From NCBI GenBank assembly GCA_905178155.1, contig CAJINV010000016.1, forward strand, positions 1 through 64,000: a stretch of DNA of 64,000 nt. The letters are read 5' to 3'. Shown here in pieces: positions 24,701-38,234 of this stretch. The DNA comes from Amoebophrya sp. A120. Its lineage: Eukaryota; Protista; Dinoflagellata. The translations under genes were made by a program, and so were the position numbers. Under the pieces are notes generated by a model. That model worked only from the letters and a program-made list of their open reading frames with translations, did not search any database and was not told the origin of the DNA. Position 1 is the first letter of the stretch. The number at the start of each line of letters is the position of its first letter.

Positions 24701-25786
24701 GGAACGACAAGGAATTTCAGGATGTTTTATTTGTTGACTGCTGTTTAACATGTTCATCTGCACCTCAAAAAAGTAAAGGGCGGGCAAACCTCAAACTGAA
24801 CTTGGTGTTCATCGGTGTCGAGAATACAGATCAGAATACTTTTAGTAAGTACGTACTTTCGAAATTTAGCGACAACGACAGACAATAAAGCAACGCGATG
24901 AAAAAAAAGCTGTAATGCGGCAAACCCGACGAGAAGCGTATTGCTTTTCATGCTGGTTGGTGCTTGAGAACGAAGAGGAAGACTCACTTGTGTTCTTTTA
25001 TTTACCGATGAAATTCAATATGTTGCACAGTGGATGATCATTTGAAACAAGAAAATCAAAATTGAACATGACAATCCGACAGCAAACCGCCGTAAATGTA
25101 AAGAAACTGCACAGAGCTCGTTGCAACTGCTCGACTGCCACCGACAACTCCAAGATCATTCACATGCTCCGCGAAACCAAAAAAAAAAACAAAAATCTTC
25201 GAAGCAAATAGAATTAGAATACTAAAAACAATATAAGGGGTATTTCCCCGCCCCTCCTCAATCGTCGATCGTCTCAGACCTTCTGGATGTGAATTTGGGT
25301 CGAGAAGTTGAGTTTTTGTTTTCATTTCAAAGCAAGAAAAATAGCTGATCATCTTATGGCTTTTTGGGATCAGTACGTACTACCACTAGAACCATTGAGC
25401 AACTTTTTCGCAGCGGTACCCAAACCCACAAACAGAAACCGATAAGTAGGAGACAGCGCATCTCTTCACTCGCTCAACAAAGCGCATATTATCGGACGAC
25501 CTTCCCTCTCTATTGTTTACCTAGTCGTGTTAGTCCGGCCGTATTTCTGAAAGGTTTTTTTTTCCGTTTTAGATACAAAAGACGCTGATTGAGCTCGCTA
25601 CTAGTTGCACTACAACCAAAAAATGAACCGACAACACATGTCCAAGGCGGGCTTCGCCCAGTCCAAAGCAAGTATTGAGTTGTTGTTTCCTGCGTTGTTC
25701 TCCAACATCCCCTGCTTGCCATCGCGCATTACAGCGGACTTTTCTTGCATACCGCATCTGTTTATTTTACAACCTTCTCAGTGATT

Positions 25787-27637
25787 ATGGGGTAAGTAAT
25801 GTTGCTAGACAACTTCGATCTACTTTGCAGTACAACTACACTGAACTCTTTTTTTACCAGGTTCTTTCGCCAGTTTCGTTTCCGGCCAGCGACCCCTGAA
25901 CACCGCCGCGGGCATGCAACCCCAGGCCCCCCAAGGACCCTACGCGACCCAGGCGTTTCCCGGCGGCCCAACCATGTACAGTGGCCAGCCTATCCTATTT
26001 AAAAACGTCCCCACCCCATAGTTGTAATGCAAATCTACATGCTGAATATGTTTCTCATGCGGAGCCCCATGAGAAGCAGTTTCTAGTCGTGTTTTGAAAT
26101 TTGTCATGCTCCATTCGGCATGGTGCGCTAGGTCTGTGATGCTGCTGAGCTAGCTCAAACAGCACTACACTACGAGTCCAAATTTGTGATGCAAAACAGC
26201 CAAAACTTGTGGATTTGTCTAGCCGATTCCCCATCTTGACTATGGTGCGTGTGGGGACATTTTTACTCAGGATACAGCCACCCAGGGGTACCTACCACCC
26301 ACCGCCGCAGCATATGACAGCCTCAGAATGGAAATCCTCAAAGTGGAAATAATTTGTGATGCAAAAAGACGGCTCCAGTCGAAGCACCATTTCTAGTCGG
26401 CGCATGACAAATTTCCCGGGCACTCAAAACGTGTCTGTCATGCTAGTTAGGCAAACGGGTGCCCGTCTCTCGTGCTAATCAGCAGCCCAATTCTGAACCC
26501 GTAGAAGCACAATAGTCGGCCTCCATTGCGTTCTCTGCAATGCAGTCTTTTTGGTGTTGCATTTCATGCATCACAAATCATTTCCATTTTGAGGATTTTT
26601 TCCATTCTGAGGCTTCCATACAGCAGCGGGCGCCGGTGCAGAAGCGACCCTGCGCCAACCCCCAGTGCACACCGGACAACTGGGAGGTATAGTTTAGCAT
26701 TTTAGGCTGCGTTTTTTTCATTTTCTTTCCCAAGGCTATTCACCAGTGGTGATGGATATGATTATATATGCGTGCCAGAGTGTCGCTTTTGTCATGCGTG
26801 AATTGCATCCTGTTCCTGATCCACCTGAAAACGATGAACGGTAACTACAAGTTGTTATATGCACTCCAAGTACAAAATCAAAAACCGCAATTATGAATAC
26901 AGGTTCCGAACTACGCGTGCGACCTGGACCGGGGAGTGAACTACTGCTACGTGTGCTGGGACGCCATTATGGATTGCAAAAATGACTGTGTCTGGAAGAT
27001 TGCAACTTGTCATGCTAAATCCGAATCATGCAAAAATCTGTGTTGCATGAGTGCCAGCAAAAGCTGTCCACTTTCGACCAAATTGGGAGGGAGTTTCTCA
27101 CGCAGGATAGGCATGAACGAGACCTCACAGACTCTGTCATGCTAGGCCCCGCATTCCAGACCTCAAGGATCATGGAAAACCTGCATGACAAGCTCACACT
27201 CTTCCAGACGACCCAGACACTTTTGCATTTCATAGCCATTAAGGACAAGCGATTTGGCCTGGCTTTGTCCCTGGAAGAATTGTCCCAATATGGATTGCAA
27301 AAATGTCTGGGTCTGGAAGATTGCATGTTTGAGTTTGTCATGCTTGTCTGGCATGACTCTTAAATCTGTCATGCACGTTACCCAAGGGCTCCATTTTTCT
27401 GTGATGCAGAAACGCAGTTCGTCATGCAGAATAGGCAACACGACCTGGAAGCTCAGAAACTTGCCATGCTGCGCCAGCACTTGTAATGCCTCATCATGAG
27501 ACGCCACCCAGCATCACAAGTTTCCAGACTCAGACATTTTTGCATTTGATACCCAAATCGGCGTTACCAGTGTCGGCTTGGTACCGCTGCCGATGAAAAA
27601 GAAGACGGAAGAGGATGTGAAAATGGAAACCGTTTGA
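25787..27637 (+). CDS. Small Pro/Gln-rich protein with a Cys cluster (CANPQC...C...CYVC); 4 introners and 2 GT-AG introns
   Basis: Spliced ORF MGFVSGQRPLNT...KMETV-stop; canonical introns 25792-25873 and 26687-26902. Confidence 0.65.
25991..26274. mobile_element. Introner, family C
   Basis: Direct repeat cagcc/cagcc. Confidence 0.9.
26313..26620. mobile_element. Introner, family K (TIR agcctcagaatggaaa-tcctcaaaa)
   Basis: Direct repeat cagca/cagca. Confidence 0.88.
26968..27234. mobile_element. Introner, family A
   Basis: Direct repeat gccat/gccat. Confidence 0.88.
27289..27551. mobile_element. Introner, family A
   Basis: Direct repeat cccaa/cccaa. Confidence 0.9.
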
Positions 27638-27645
27638 GGCAGGAA

Positions 27646-27864
27646 TATCGCAAGAAAAAAGTGTTACAGTTACACATTGTGTTGCAGGCCAAGCAAGACA
27701 GACAAGCTCTGTCATGCAGGATATGCATAGGAGCCTGCCTCCTCTCATAGGTGTTTTCCCTATAGGATTTCTGCATTGCAAGTTTTCTCTCTCATGCCGA
27801 GAAATTCGTGTTGCTGAATATACTACAAATGTGTAACTGTATGTAACACTTTTTTCGTGGGATA
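27646..27864. mobile_element. Introner, family H-like, in presumed 3' UTR
   Basis: Direct repeat aggaa/aggaa; inverted repeat gaaaaaagtgttaca/tgtaacacttttttc. Confidence 0.85.
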
Positions 27865-29254
27865 AGGAAGCAGTAAACTTACTGAAGAATTTCTGGAGAA
27901 AACAAGAGCAAAATGTATCAAGCGAACCTCTGGAACTTCTCGCAGTGTCCTCACAGCAGCTTGATGCACAAGGAACATCTTCCAGCACATTCGAAAACAA
28001 GAAAAAAAAATACCAACCTGTTCGACGACGACATCTTCCTGATTTATTTCACACCTTCCAGTTCCACACCAAGACACCAACCGACGCAGTGCAGTGAGCG
28101 GTTTTATTGCGACACCTTCCAAGCAGTAGCAGTAATAATTTCACCATCTTACAACGAACAAGAACAACAGAGAGAACCTATAATTTCGAAAAGCAGGAGT
28201 AGGGGTTTCTTTCTGATTCGGACCTCCCGAGGACCAAGACCAAGGCGAAAAACATCAACAGGAGCATCAGGGGGCAGTACTAGTAGATCCAGCGAGTTTA
28301 TATCTCGTCCGGATTTTGCTCTTCAACCGAATCGGAAAAAATCGCAACGCCAGCAGTACAATGGGAAACACGAACAAAGCTAGATTTCATCCAAGATTTT
28401 TTGCAGCAGTGCAGCGAGAATACAACAAGTCCGTGCAGCAGCGAGCTAGTGGGAGAAGGTTCTTTGATCGTTTTGTGAAAGTAGTAGACTGAGAAGTGCG
28501 AAGCCGAAGGCGGGGCAGATGATGATGAAGAGAATATTAATTCGCTGCAAGTTGTTTAAACTTGTTAAAGCTTTGATCATTCTGACCTTCCGCTAGTACC
28601 CTAACAACGAAACTGTACATAAATGGTTGGATCAAGAAGAACTACTATCGAGATGATGTTGGAGACTACTTTTGGGCACAGAATCTTCAAAATCATACGC
28701 AAAACACACCGATGAACGACCTGGCTTTGCTTTTCCACTCTGGACACACGCACACAAATATTTTCGGATGAAACTTTTGTATTCACTCGCTGCTTGTTGA
28801 AAATGTAAAAATCGTCGCATCAGCACCAGCTGCATAACTGCTCTTTCAGGAACAGGAGCACGCGTTGATTCACAGGAGGTGATCGGGTTCGGCTTCGTTT
28901 TGGGACCGACAGTGTGCCCTCGCTTTTCTGTTTGTCGTTTATTTTTGCACGTCGGCTTCGTGACGTCAAATCTCTGCTCAATGGCAATAAAGGGAAATCA
29001 AAAAGTAGAATTGCCAGTGCAACTGCAGCTCGTGCAGGTCCGTTTCACAAGGGCTATCTTGACGAGTATCCGCTACTTGAAGATCCTGATTTGCAATGAT
29101 CGACCAAAACCTTCGTCGTGCCGCTGAGTAGTTGAGAGAGCATCCATAAAAGAAGTTTTGAAGATTTATTTTGTGAGCATAGTCGTGTTCGTATCTAACT
29201 CTTTTCTTTGGAGTTAACAGTTTCTGTTTCAGAACATCAAACCAAATAAAAATC

Positions 29255-32200
29255 ATGACCTCCTCGTCCATGTCGTCCTCTTCATCTTCTGCTTCCCCCT
29301 CCCCACCAAGACCGCCCAATGGTCGTGGTGCAGTTGCTGGTGGCGCATCACAAATTTCATCCGGCTCGCCTCCGAACGGGAGTACTACAGCTGGAGCAAA
29401 AAATCTTGATGTTGATGTTTCACGACCCTCCGGTCTTGTCCCGCCAACCGACCTACAAACCGGAACGTCGTCGAGCTCCACCGCGCCGCAAACTCTACTA
29501 GAAGTACAAAAAACCGTAACCGTCGATCGGGAAGATCTAGCTGATTTGTTGAAATTCCCCCACTATGACACGGGCACGCCTGTTTGGATTCCCGACGACG
29601 CACACGGCTATATTCCGGGGAAAGCAGTCGAGCCGACAAACCAGCAGACAGGTATGCTATTGGTAAAGCCAGTAGAGATAGACAAGGATACAGGCCGGGA
29701 AGTTGTGGGTGTGGCGGGTAAAGATGACGGCTCTTGCGCGGTGGAGAACAAGCTGTATCACGCAAGAGACCAGGTGCGGGCCAGACCAGATCCATTTGTC
29801 AGCAAAGAGGACTGCACGTCGCTTACGCACTTGGACGATGCAAATATCTTGGAAAACTTGCGAAGGAGGTGTAGATAGAAAGAATCTTTTACCTAACAAG
29901 ATGCTCAAGATGATGTGCACTCTAAGTTTTTCATGCATGGCGATTTATTCTACTTGCACTACCAGTTGCCAAAATGCAGCAAGGACCTACTTACTTAAAC
30001 GTAAACACGAGGTCATCAACATCTTCACACAACAGGTATTTCGCCGGCGATATCTACACATTCACGTCGTCCGTCCTTCTGGCTGTGATATGCATCGCAA
30101 AAGTACAACTATCGTGCCTACTAGTATAAGTCGCATGAGGACAATACCATTCGTTGCACAGCTCCTTAAGAATAGGACTTGTAGTGCAGCAGGCCTACGA
30201 CGATCACTACGTCTACGAATATGATACTTTTGCAATGCATATGTGAATCCCTACCGCGACGTTTCTCATCTGTACACCACGGAGCTGAAGCGAAAGTACG
30301 TCAACATTGGTTCGGCGCACACGCTCCCCCCGCATCCCTACTCGCTTGCGGACATGGCCTATCGGCAGCTGCAAATCTCGGGCAATCAAGCCATGGTGAT
30401 CTCTGGGGAATCTGGGGCCGGAAAGACCGAAACGGCCAAAATCGTCATGAGCTGCTTAGCCGACAGAAGTAGAACCGGGGAAGCCCAGGCGAGTGACATT
30501 CAGAACAAGATTCTGAATGGGGCAAATCCGATACTGGGTAGAAAAATGATTTTGATTGCAGTAGAAGTAGTCATGTCTTAATTTTGGAAGCAAGAAAGTC
30601 ATACGGTGTCTTACAAGTTCATCTCAGAGTCAGAATCGACGCTGCAAGGTCACTATGCAGGAGGTGGAGCATTTTTTACTCAACGTAAAACGTTCAAAAA
30701 TCAGAGTCGATCGGCAACGCCACGACGGTGCGCAACGGGAACAGCTCCCGCTTTGGCAAATACAACGCGCTCTGCTTCAACGCCGTCGGCAACTTGGTCG
30801 GCGCCGAGGTGCGAACCTACCTGCTCGAATCTTCGCGGGTGGTCGCCTTCGGCCAGGGCGAGCGCACCTACCATGTTTTCTACGAGCTGCTCTTTGGGTG
30901 TGACGCGGGCATGCGCGAGAAGTTGGAGCTGGATGCGGAAACGCCCTACCGCCTGCTGTACGGGAACGGACACACGGAACTCGGGAATCTACCGCAATTT
31001 CGAGATGATACGGGGAACATGAAAGTCTTGGACGACGGTTTGGAGGGGATAGGGTAAAATAAAACATCCACCTGTTCATGCTCTTGATTTGGAAACAACG
31101 CGGCCAACAGACGTACGCAAGAGTAAGAGACGGGCCACCTCCGGGTTCTTGTAAAAGTTGAAATTTCGTGTACGAGGAACATCAAAACGAAAACTGATAT
31201 TTGTAAGAAGAACACACCTTTGCAAGATGCCAGCACATGAACACCAAAAGGAAAATGAAAATCAAAAAACAACAGCTTCACCCCTGAGGAGCGTCTGCAG
31301 ATTTACCAGTCGATCGCCGGCATTGTGCACTTGGGCGAGGTGGAATTCAAAACGGTCCAAGATGACAAGGACCAAGACGTCTCCCAGTGCATATCCCAAG
31401 TAAAAACGTCCCCACACCACAGTAAGTTGTCATGCAGATTTTTTATTGCAGTTACAAAAATGAAAAAAAAATCAATGTAATACGCAGCCGCATGAGAGGC
31501 ATTTCCAATCGCGTTGCGGACTTTGTAATGCTGTAAACAGGATGATGAGATGGATTTCTTGTGCTGCGGCTGTACTTGCTAAGCTGCACTACAATACAGA
31601 CACGAACTTGTCATGCTTGACTCTCAAAACTTCGCCATTTGTGTTGCGAGATCCCCATCTCGACTCCGGGGTGGAGGGGACGTTTTCGATTAGGATAGTG
31701 CACGGACCTGAAACACTTAAAGATCGGCGCGAAGCTGTGCGGCTTCGACAGCGAAGCGCTGGAGGAAGTTTTTCTCACGAGGAAAATGATGATTGAAAAG
31801 AAGGAGCTGGGGGTTTTCAAGAAGGAGATTTTCACCGTGCCGAGGAGTGCGCAACAGGCCGTCGCCACCCAGCAATCGCTGCTGAAGATGCTGTATAAGA
31901 GAATCTTCCACTTAATCTGCGATCAGATCAATAAATCCGTGCACGGGGGCGATCGGCAGAAAAACACGAAGCAGTGCGGAATTCTGGACATCTACGGCTT
32001 CGAGTGCTTGCAGGTAAACAGCTTCGAGCAGGTCTGTATCAACTTGGCAAACGAGCGGCTGCAGCAGTTTTTCGTGCAGAACGTGCTCACTGCGGAGCAA
32101 GCGCTATACAAAAAAGAAGGGCTGAAGTGGGAGGATGTGGTGCTGCCCGACGCAGATCCGGTGATAAACTGCATTTCGAGTATCAAATGTAAAAATGTCT

Positions 32201-35200
32201 GGGTCTGGAAGAATGCAACTTGTGATGCTGCATTTGGATTCCAGAGAAATCTGTATTGCATGAGTACCAAAAGGAGTGTAATTTTTGCTACGTGGAGAGG
32301 GCATTTGTCATGCGGAATAGGCATCAAGAAGCTCTCAAAAAATCTGTGATGCTAGGGCACGCATCACAGACATCAGGGCTCATGCCAAACGTGCATGACA
32401 AGTGTCAGAATCTTCCAGACCCAGACACTTTTACAGTTGATATCGAGCATCTTTATGCGACTGGACGACCACAACATGCAGGCGGCTAAAAACAGGCCGA
32501 CCATATGGAAATGTCAGGATCGAAATCAACAAAATCGAAATGATTTGTGATGCATAAAATCTATACCAGTTGGAGCCTCAGTTTCTAAGTGGCGCATGAC
32601 AAATTTCGGGAGCAACAAAATTCAGTCTGTCATGCTGTTTGAGCAAAAAGACTGCTCCTGTCATGCTACTCTAGCAGCATATCGTCTTCCCCTAAACGGG
32701 CTTGTAATCGGTCTTATTTGCCTGCTCCCCAACACAGGTAATGCGTGCCCTACATTTTATGCATTACAAATTTTTCGATTTTGTCGATTTCGATCCTGAC
32801 ATTCCCATAGACCACGGACCAGAAGTAGTAGAAGTAGCTTTTTTATTGCCCACAGATGAAGATGCGACTTGTTCATTGCCAGCACTCGTCCCTCTCGTCG
32901 TTCTAATCTCCGCTTTTGCACAACGAACCGAACGTAAGAAAAGTTGTGTGCAGACATAAAGTTAAAGGAATAAGAAAGTTTATACCTGTCTTCAGGTTTA
33001 CCGAAGAATGCCACCGTGTGCTGGGTCTAGGCGGCATTTTCCGGGAACCAAAACGGGGCAAAAACGTGTCGAAAGAGAACCAGCTGCGAATGGAGCACGG
33101 GTAGATTGATGATGAGCATTATTTTGTCATGCACACCACAAAACATTCGAGGACGAGGACCCCTTTGACTTTGTCATGCAGAGCCCACTTCTATAAATAG
33201 GATACGAAAGAACTAGAAGTTTTAATTGTCGACCACAAAAACGACTCACTGCCACCACATATCAGCTTCGTAATCCAGCACTACGCCGGCGAGGTGACGT
33301 ACCAAACCCAGGATTTCCTGGAAAAAAACAACGCCAAACTCGTTGGGGACGCCGAGTGCCTGATTCGTGACGCAGCCAACCCGACGGTAGCGAAGTGCGC
33401 AGATTTGTCCGCTTGCCAGGTCGGACAGTCCCATTTCAACTCCGTTGCGAGGAAGTATTTAAGGGATCTGGAAGCGTTGATGGACACACTGAAGTCTTGC
33501 TCCTTGCACTACATCCGGTGCTTTAAGCCGAACGTGAAGCAAAAGCCCACGGACTGGAACGGCAATGTCATGCTGGACCAGATGCGGCAATCGGGCACGA
33601 TTGAGCTGGTGCAAATCATGCACGACGGCTACCCGCACCGGTGCCCGTTTCAAGATTTATTATGAGAGTGCACAACAAGAACTTCCCCATCTCCTCCGCC
33701 CCCATTTGCACTAGCGCATGAACGGCAACACAAGCTCGGACACAGATGCGGCTTTTGCATGAAAATTGGCGACCGATTGTTCTAATGTTGTAGTTGTTCG
33801 GCTTCATGTGGATCCTGTTACGCATGCAGTGCCAGCAAGAGGTAAAGGAAAAAGTGAGTTGCTATTTCGCATGACAAATGAGGGGGACGACGAGAGGGGG
33901 GTTGTGCACTCTCATACTTAGCCGACCGCTTCCAGAAGGACATGCCGGAGGACTTTCGGCAGCTGGATTCCCGTATGCATTGCAAAAGGAAGATCATACT
34001 AGTAGAGATTGCATTACAAGTTTGCTGTAGCACGAAAATGAATGGAGTTTGTAATGCTGATTTTCAGCGTAGAAGTTTACAGACGGGTAGAAGTAGATCT
34101 GTCATGCGGTATTGCAATTCTTACCACTATGCTACGATGCTTTTCCACTGCATACCCCGCGCGTTTGTTGACGTGCTGATGCAGGCGTTTTCGGAACAAT
34201 TAAGGTGGAAAGACTGGACCATTGGCACGACGAGACTGTTTCTGAAGGCGGGGAAATTAGCAGTGCTGGAATCCTTGTCGGCAGAGGGCATTGGGCCGGA
34301 AATCGCGGACAAGCTGAGGAGACATGTATCTATTCTGCATATTGTCGATCCATAATCGTATAATCTTGATGTGTTGTGCTAGTCCTGTCGTGTTCATCGA
34401 CGTTAGCATGCCAGCTGGTGTGAATTGGAAATACAGTAGCTTTTGCCACTTTTGTGATGGTGCATAAGCGTGCTACTTCTTTTCAACGTATTGAAACACA
34501 TCAGATGCGTAAAAAGCGGCTGAAGAAAGTGCTGTGGACCGTCCGTGCGTGCGTGTACATGAAGCGACTCATGAAGCGCACCCGGTCCGACGGGCTGCGC
34601 TACGCCTTAGTGAAGTGCTGCCGGGTGTATGTGAAGTTGATGCGGTGGTATAAAAAGATCCGGGTGCGGCGGAGCAAAGATAAAATCTCCCTCATGTTAA
34701 ACCACATCGTGCCGATGTTCGTGCAGCTGATAAAGCTGAAAAACAAGGCGAAGAAGATGATAAAGATGAAAAATTTTTACAACTTGAAACTCTCCCGTAT
34801 GGAAGGACTCTCAAGCGTTACACTCTCAAACTGTTACATGAATTTGTCATGCAAAACTACCGTCATCATCCACACGAACAAGCTGTCTCGCATGGCAAAT
34901 CTGCGAAGGGCTAAACAGCACCTAAATGATCTGTGCGGAATTTGTAATGCTACAGGCGCAACCTTCTCCCTTTAAGTTTTGCCAGTTTTGCATTAACAGT
35001 TGAGAATGGAACGTTTGAGAACGCCATATCCCGGTCCGTCCTCCTGATGTGGCAGGACCTCGCCTCAGAGGAGAGGTTGAAACGAGAGGAAGAAGAGCGG
35101 CTAGCGGAGGAACAACGGAAACAGGACGAAGAATTGGAACGAGCGTATGCAGAAATGCTGGCGAGACGGAACAAAGGCACAGGAGGAACTACAACGGCGC

Positions 35201-38200
35201 AAATAAATAATAAACCGTCAACTACGACGAGTACGATTCCGGTGCCGAACGACACACCCACAACAACTTCCTCCTCTTCTACGCACCCGACACCGCACGT
35301 TCACGGGACGTCGGAAGCAAATCCAAACTCGCTTTCAGACAGCAAGATCACCATCGGGACGCCAACAGATAGTACTTCTCTCCAGGACAACGACCTCAAC
35401 CTCGACAAGATTTCCGGCTCAACGCTTGCGCCCGCGACACACAACAAGGTCGCCCCCTCTCCGTCGGAAATGTCGGTCTCTTCCGTTCCGACAGACGCGG
35501 GCTCCGAAGCAAACAAGGCACTCTATGGCGTTCTCAAACGTTGCATTCTTAGCTGTTGCATGAATTTGTGATGCAAAATTATAATAAGCCTCCACAAAAT
35601 GAAGGTGCTTCGCATGACAAATTCCCGAAGGGCTAAACAGCACCTACATCGGTGCGCCGGAACTTGTAATGCTAGAAGTGTAACTGCCCCCCTTTGACTT
35701 TTATATTCTTGCATTGCAAATTTATCTGACGGTTGAGCATGCAACAGTTGAGAGTCCCATACACTCCGGGCGGAAATGGAGGAATTTGAGCGGAAGAAAG
35801 CGGAATATGAGCGGAAAAAGCAACAGGATATGGAAGTGTCAAGATCGAAATCGACAAAATCGAAAAATTTGTAATGCAAGGAATGTTGTAGGGCACGCAT
35901 GGCCTGTGTAGGGGAGCACGCAAATGAGACCGATTGCAAGCCTGCTTAGGGAAAGACGATGTGCTGCCGGAGCAGCATGACAGGAGCAGTATTCTTTGCC
36001 CAAAAAGCATGACAGACTGGATTTTGGTGCTCCCGAAATTTGTCATGCGCCACTTGGAAACTGAGGCGCCATCTGGTATGATTTTATGCATCACAAATAG
36101 TTTCGATTTTGTTGATTTCGATCCTCACGCCTCCATACAGGATATGGAGGAACTAGAAAAGATGAAACGGGAAAAGGAGGAAATGGAAAAGTGGAAACGG
36201 GAAATGGAGGAAATGGAAAAGTGGAAGCGGGTATCAAATGCAAATATGTCTGGGTCTGGACGGGTCCCAGGTCGAAACTGTATTGCGTGTCTCGCATTCC
36301 TAAAAGATCTGTATTGCAAAAGCAGCAAACAAAGCGCCGCACTTTCGTCATGCAAAAACGCAGTTCGTATTGCGTCCTGCGCATGACAAAGCGTTTGAAA
36401 AATTTGTCATGCTGCGCTGCAGTTAAAGGCACAGTCAATCATGACCATTCAGCATTACAAGTTTCCAGACCCAGACACATTTGCAATCCATAGCGGGAAA
36501 GAGAGGAAATGGAGAAGTGGAAACAAGAAACGGAACAATTGAAGCGCGAAAACGCGAAGCTGAAAGAAGAAAGGAGATACAGCGACGCGACCAATAACAA
36601 CAGCAAGAGCAGCAGCTCAAATTCGAACAGCGCAATAAATGGAGGGTCGTCGGCCCTGCAGACGCCGCGAGATAATCTTTCCACCAGCACCACAGCCTCA
36701 ACTACAACTGCCCGTCGCCACACGATGGGGTTGGGTCTGCCGAAGTTGGATTTCTCGAAACTAGCGAGCAGAAATGGGGCGGGGACGACGTCGAATAATA
36801 ACTCGACCAGCAGAGCTGCAATGAGTGGGCTGAGTCTACCGAACGGAAATTCTACTTCTTCCGCCCTCTCTGCGAGTCTCGGCGGGTCGACGTCATCAAG
36901 TAGAGCAGGAGGGGATAGTACAACGGGTACTAGAGGCGGCACAGGTGGACAAGAAGATTGCAGTAATTCGACAAGAGGAGGACAAAATGGCTCGACGTCA
37001 GCAGGAGCAGGAGGTGCGCCAGCAGCGATGAATAGCACACAACAAAATGGAGCAACTTCCTCGTCTTCATCCTCCTCAACAGGGAACACATCTTCCGCTG
37101 CCGACCAGCCTCTGCTCGCTCCCCGCGAACGGCGCAACAACACGGAAAATCTGATGAAGAGCTTCTACGGCAAGAAGGACCAAGTGCTGAAAAAAAGAAA
37201 CTTCTACGCCTTTCAGCGATCGTTGCTGGAAGAACAAGCGTGCGGGGCGGAAGAAGATTTCAGTATGCCGATGACAGCCAGGGGAGGACGGACAGGAGGT
37301 AGTGAAATAAGGAGTTGTGGACTGATTGATGTGGAGGTTCATTTCGGTGTATACAACGTCGACGAGTAATGCTAATGTTCTTGCTGTGCTCCTTTGAGTT
37401 GTTCTTGTGATCTAATACTTTGGTTCTTGTTCGTTGATTTTCTCCTCGGATCACGTGGCCCCCTAGCAGCAGATGCCAGTATTGCTACTGTGCGACTAAA
37501 GTAGCGATCATGGCTTTCTGCGCAGTACTAGAGAAAGCCATACATCACTGATTCTAGTTCTACTTCTTCGTCTTCAAAACCCACATGAATAAGGAGTAAC
37601 CTTATCAGGTCCCCTCGCCTCCGACCTTCTGCAAACCGGCGGCCCAGGATCTCGCTGCCCCACTCCGTATTACAAGCAAAAGTGTTAACGTTAACGGTTT
37701 TCACAGATTACAGTCATGCATCACAAATGTAGCCCAATATGCATGCTACGCATTACAAATTTTGGCATGTTTTGTGATGCCCTGCTGCATCACAAATTCC
37801 GTTAACACTTTTTGGTGTGATACTCCGCGGCAGCACAGCATCCACCGAAAAGAAAACCGGTACGATACGCCGTCGAAGCAGAGGATTGATTCCGAGTCTT
37901 TTTATGCATTGCAAATATGTCTGGGTCTGGAAACTTGTGATGCAAATCTACGAATTGTGGGCGCACTGCAATATCCAGCCCAGCATGACAAGTTTTTGCG
38001 CTGCTGTGTGTTTCGTTTTGCGCGTGACAATCTGCGTTTTTGCATGATAGGCAATCGGCCCGCCTTTTCCTGCTCATGCATCACGACAGATCTAAAAGTC
38101 ATGCCAGACAGGCATGACAAACTTGCATTCTTCCAGACCCAGACATTTTTGCACTTGATACTTTTCTCAACACACCGATGATGTCCGCGAGGGGCGGGAG

Positions 38201-38234
38201 GAGGAACAGTTTGACCACAAGAAACCCGAGGTAG
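29255..38234 (+). CDS. Myosin heavy chain (N-terminal SH3-like region, motor domain, charged tail); 12 introners and 7 GT-AG introns
   Basis: ISGESGAGKTE P-loop, NGNSSRFGKY switch I, GILDIYGFE switch II, NSFEQVCINLANERLQQFF, HYAGEVTY, HYIRCFKPN. 3' end tentative. Confidence 0.93.
30089..30241. mobile_element. Introner, family B (diverged)
   Basis: Direct repeat tgtga/tgtga; removal restores myosin LAVNPY. Confidence 0.9.
31392..31697. mobile_element. Introner, family C
   Basis: Direct repeat gtgca/gtgca. Confidence 0.88.
32181..32442. mobile_element. Introner, family A
   Basis: Direct repeat tcgag/tcgag. Confidence 0.92.
32504..32809. mobile_element. Introner, family F (TIR core tgtcaggatcgaaatc-acaaaatcgaaa)
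   Basis: Direct repeat gacca/gacca. Confidence 0.92.
33661..33916. mobile_element. Introner, family D
   Basis: TIR tatgagagtgcacaac/gttgtgcactctcata; degenerate direct repeat tttat/cttag. Confidence 0.88.
33974..34154. mobile_element. Introner, family B (diverged)
   Basis: Direct repeat tcccg/ccccg. Confidence 0.82.
34798..35028. mobile_element. Introner, family G
   Basis: Direct repeat tcccg/tcccg. Confidence 0.9.
35524..35761. mobile_element. Introner, family G (ends reversed relative to 6337)
   Basis: Direct repeat cactc/cactc. Confidence 0.88.
35829..36137. mobile_element. Introner, family F (opposite orientation to 32504)
   Basis: Direct repeat cagga/cagga. Confidence 0.92.
36232..36492. 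mobile_element. Introner, family A
   Basis: Direct repeat gcggg/gcggg. Confidence 0.9.
37668..37822. mobile_element. Introner, family L (TIR aaaagtgttaacg/cgttaacactttt)
   Basis: Direct repeat ctccg/ctccg. Confidence 0.85.
37903..38160. mobile_element. Introner, family A
   Basis: Direct repeat ctttt/ctttt. Confidence 0.9.
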
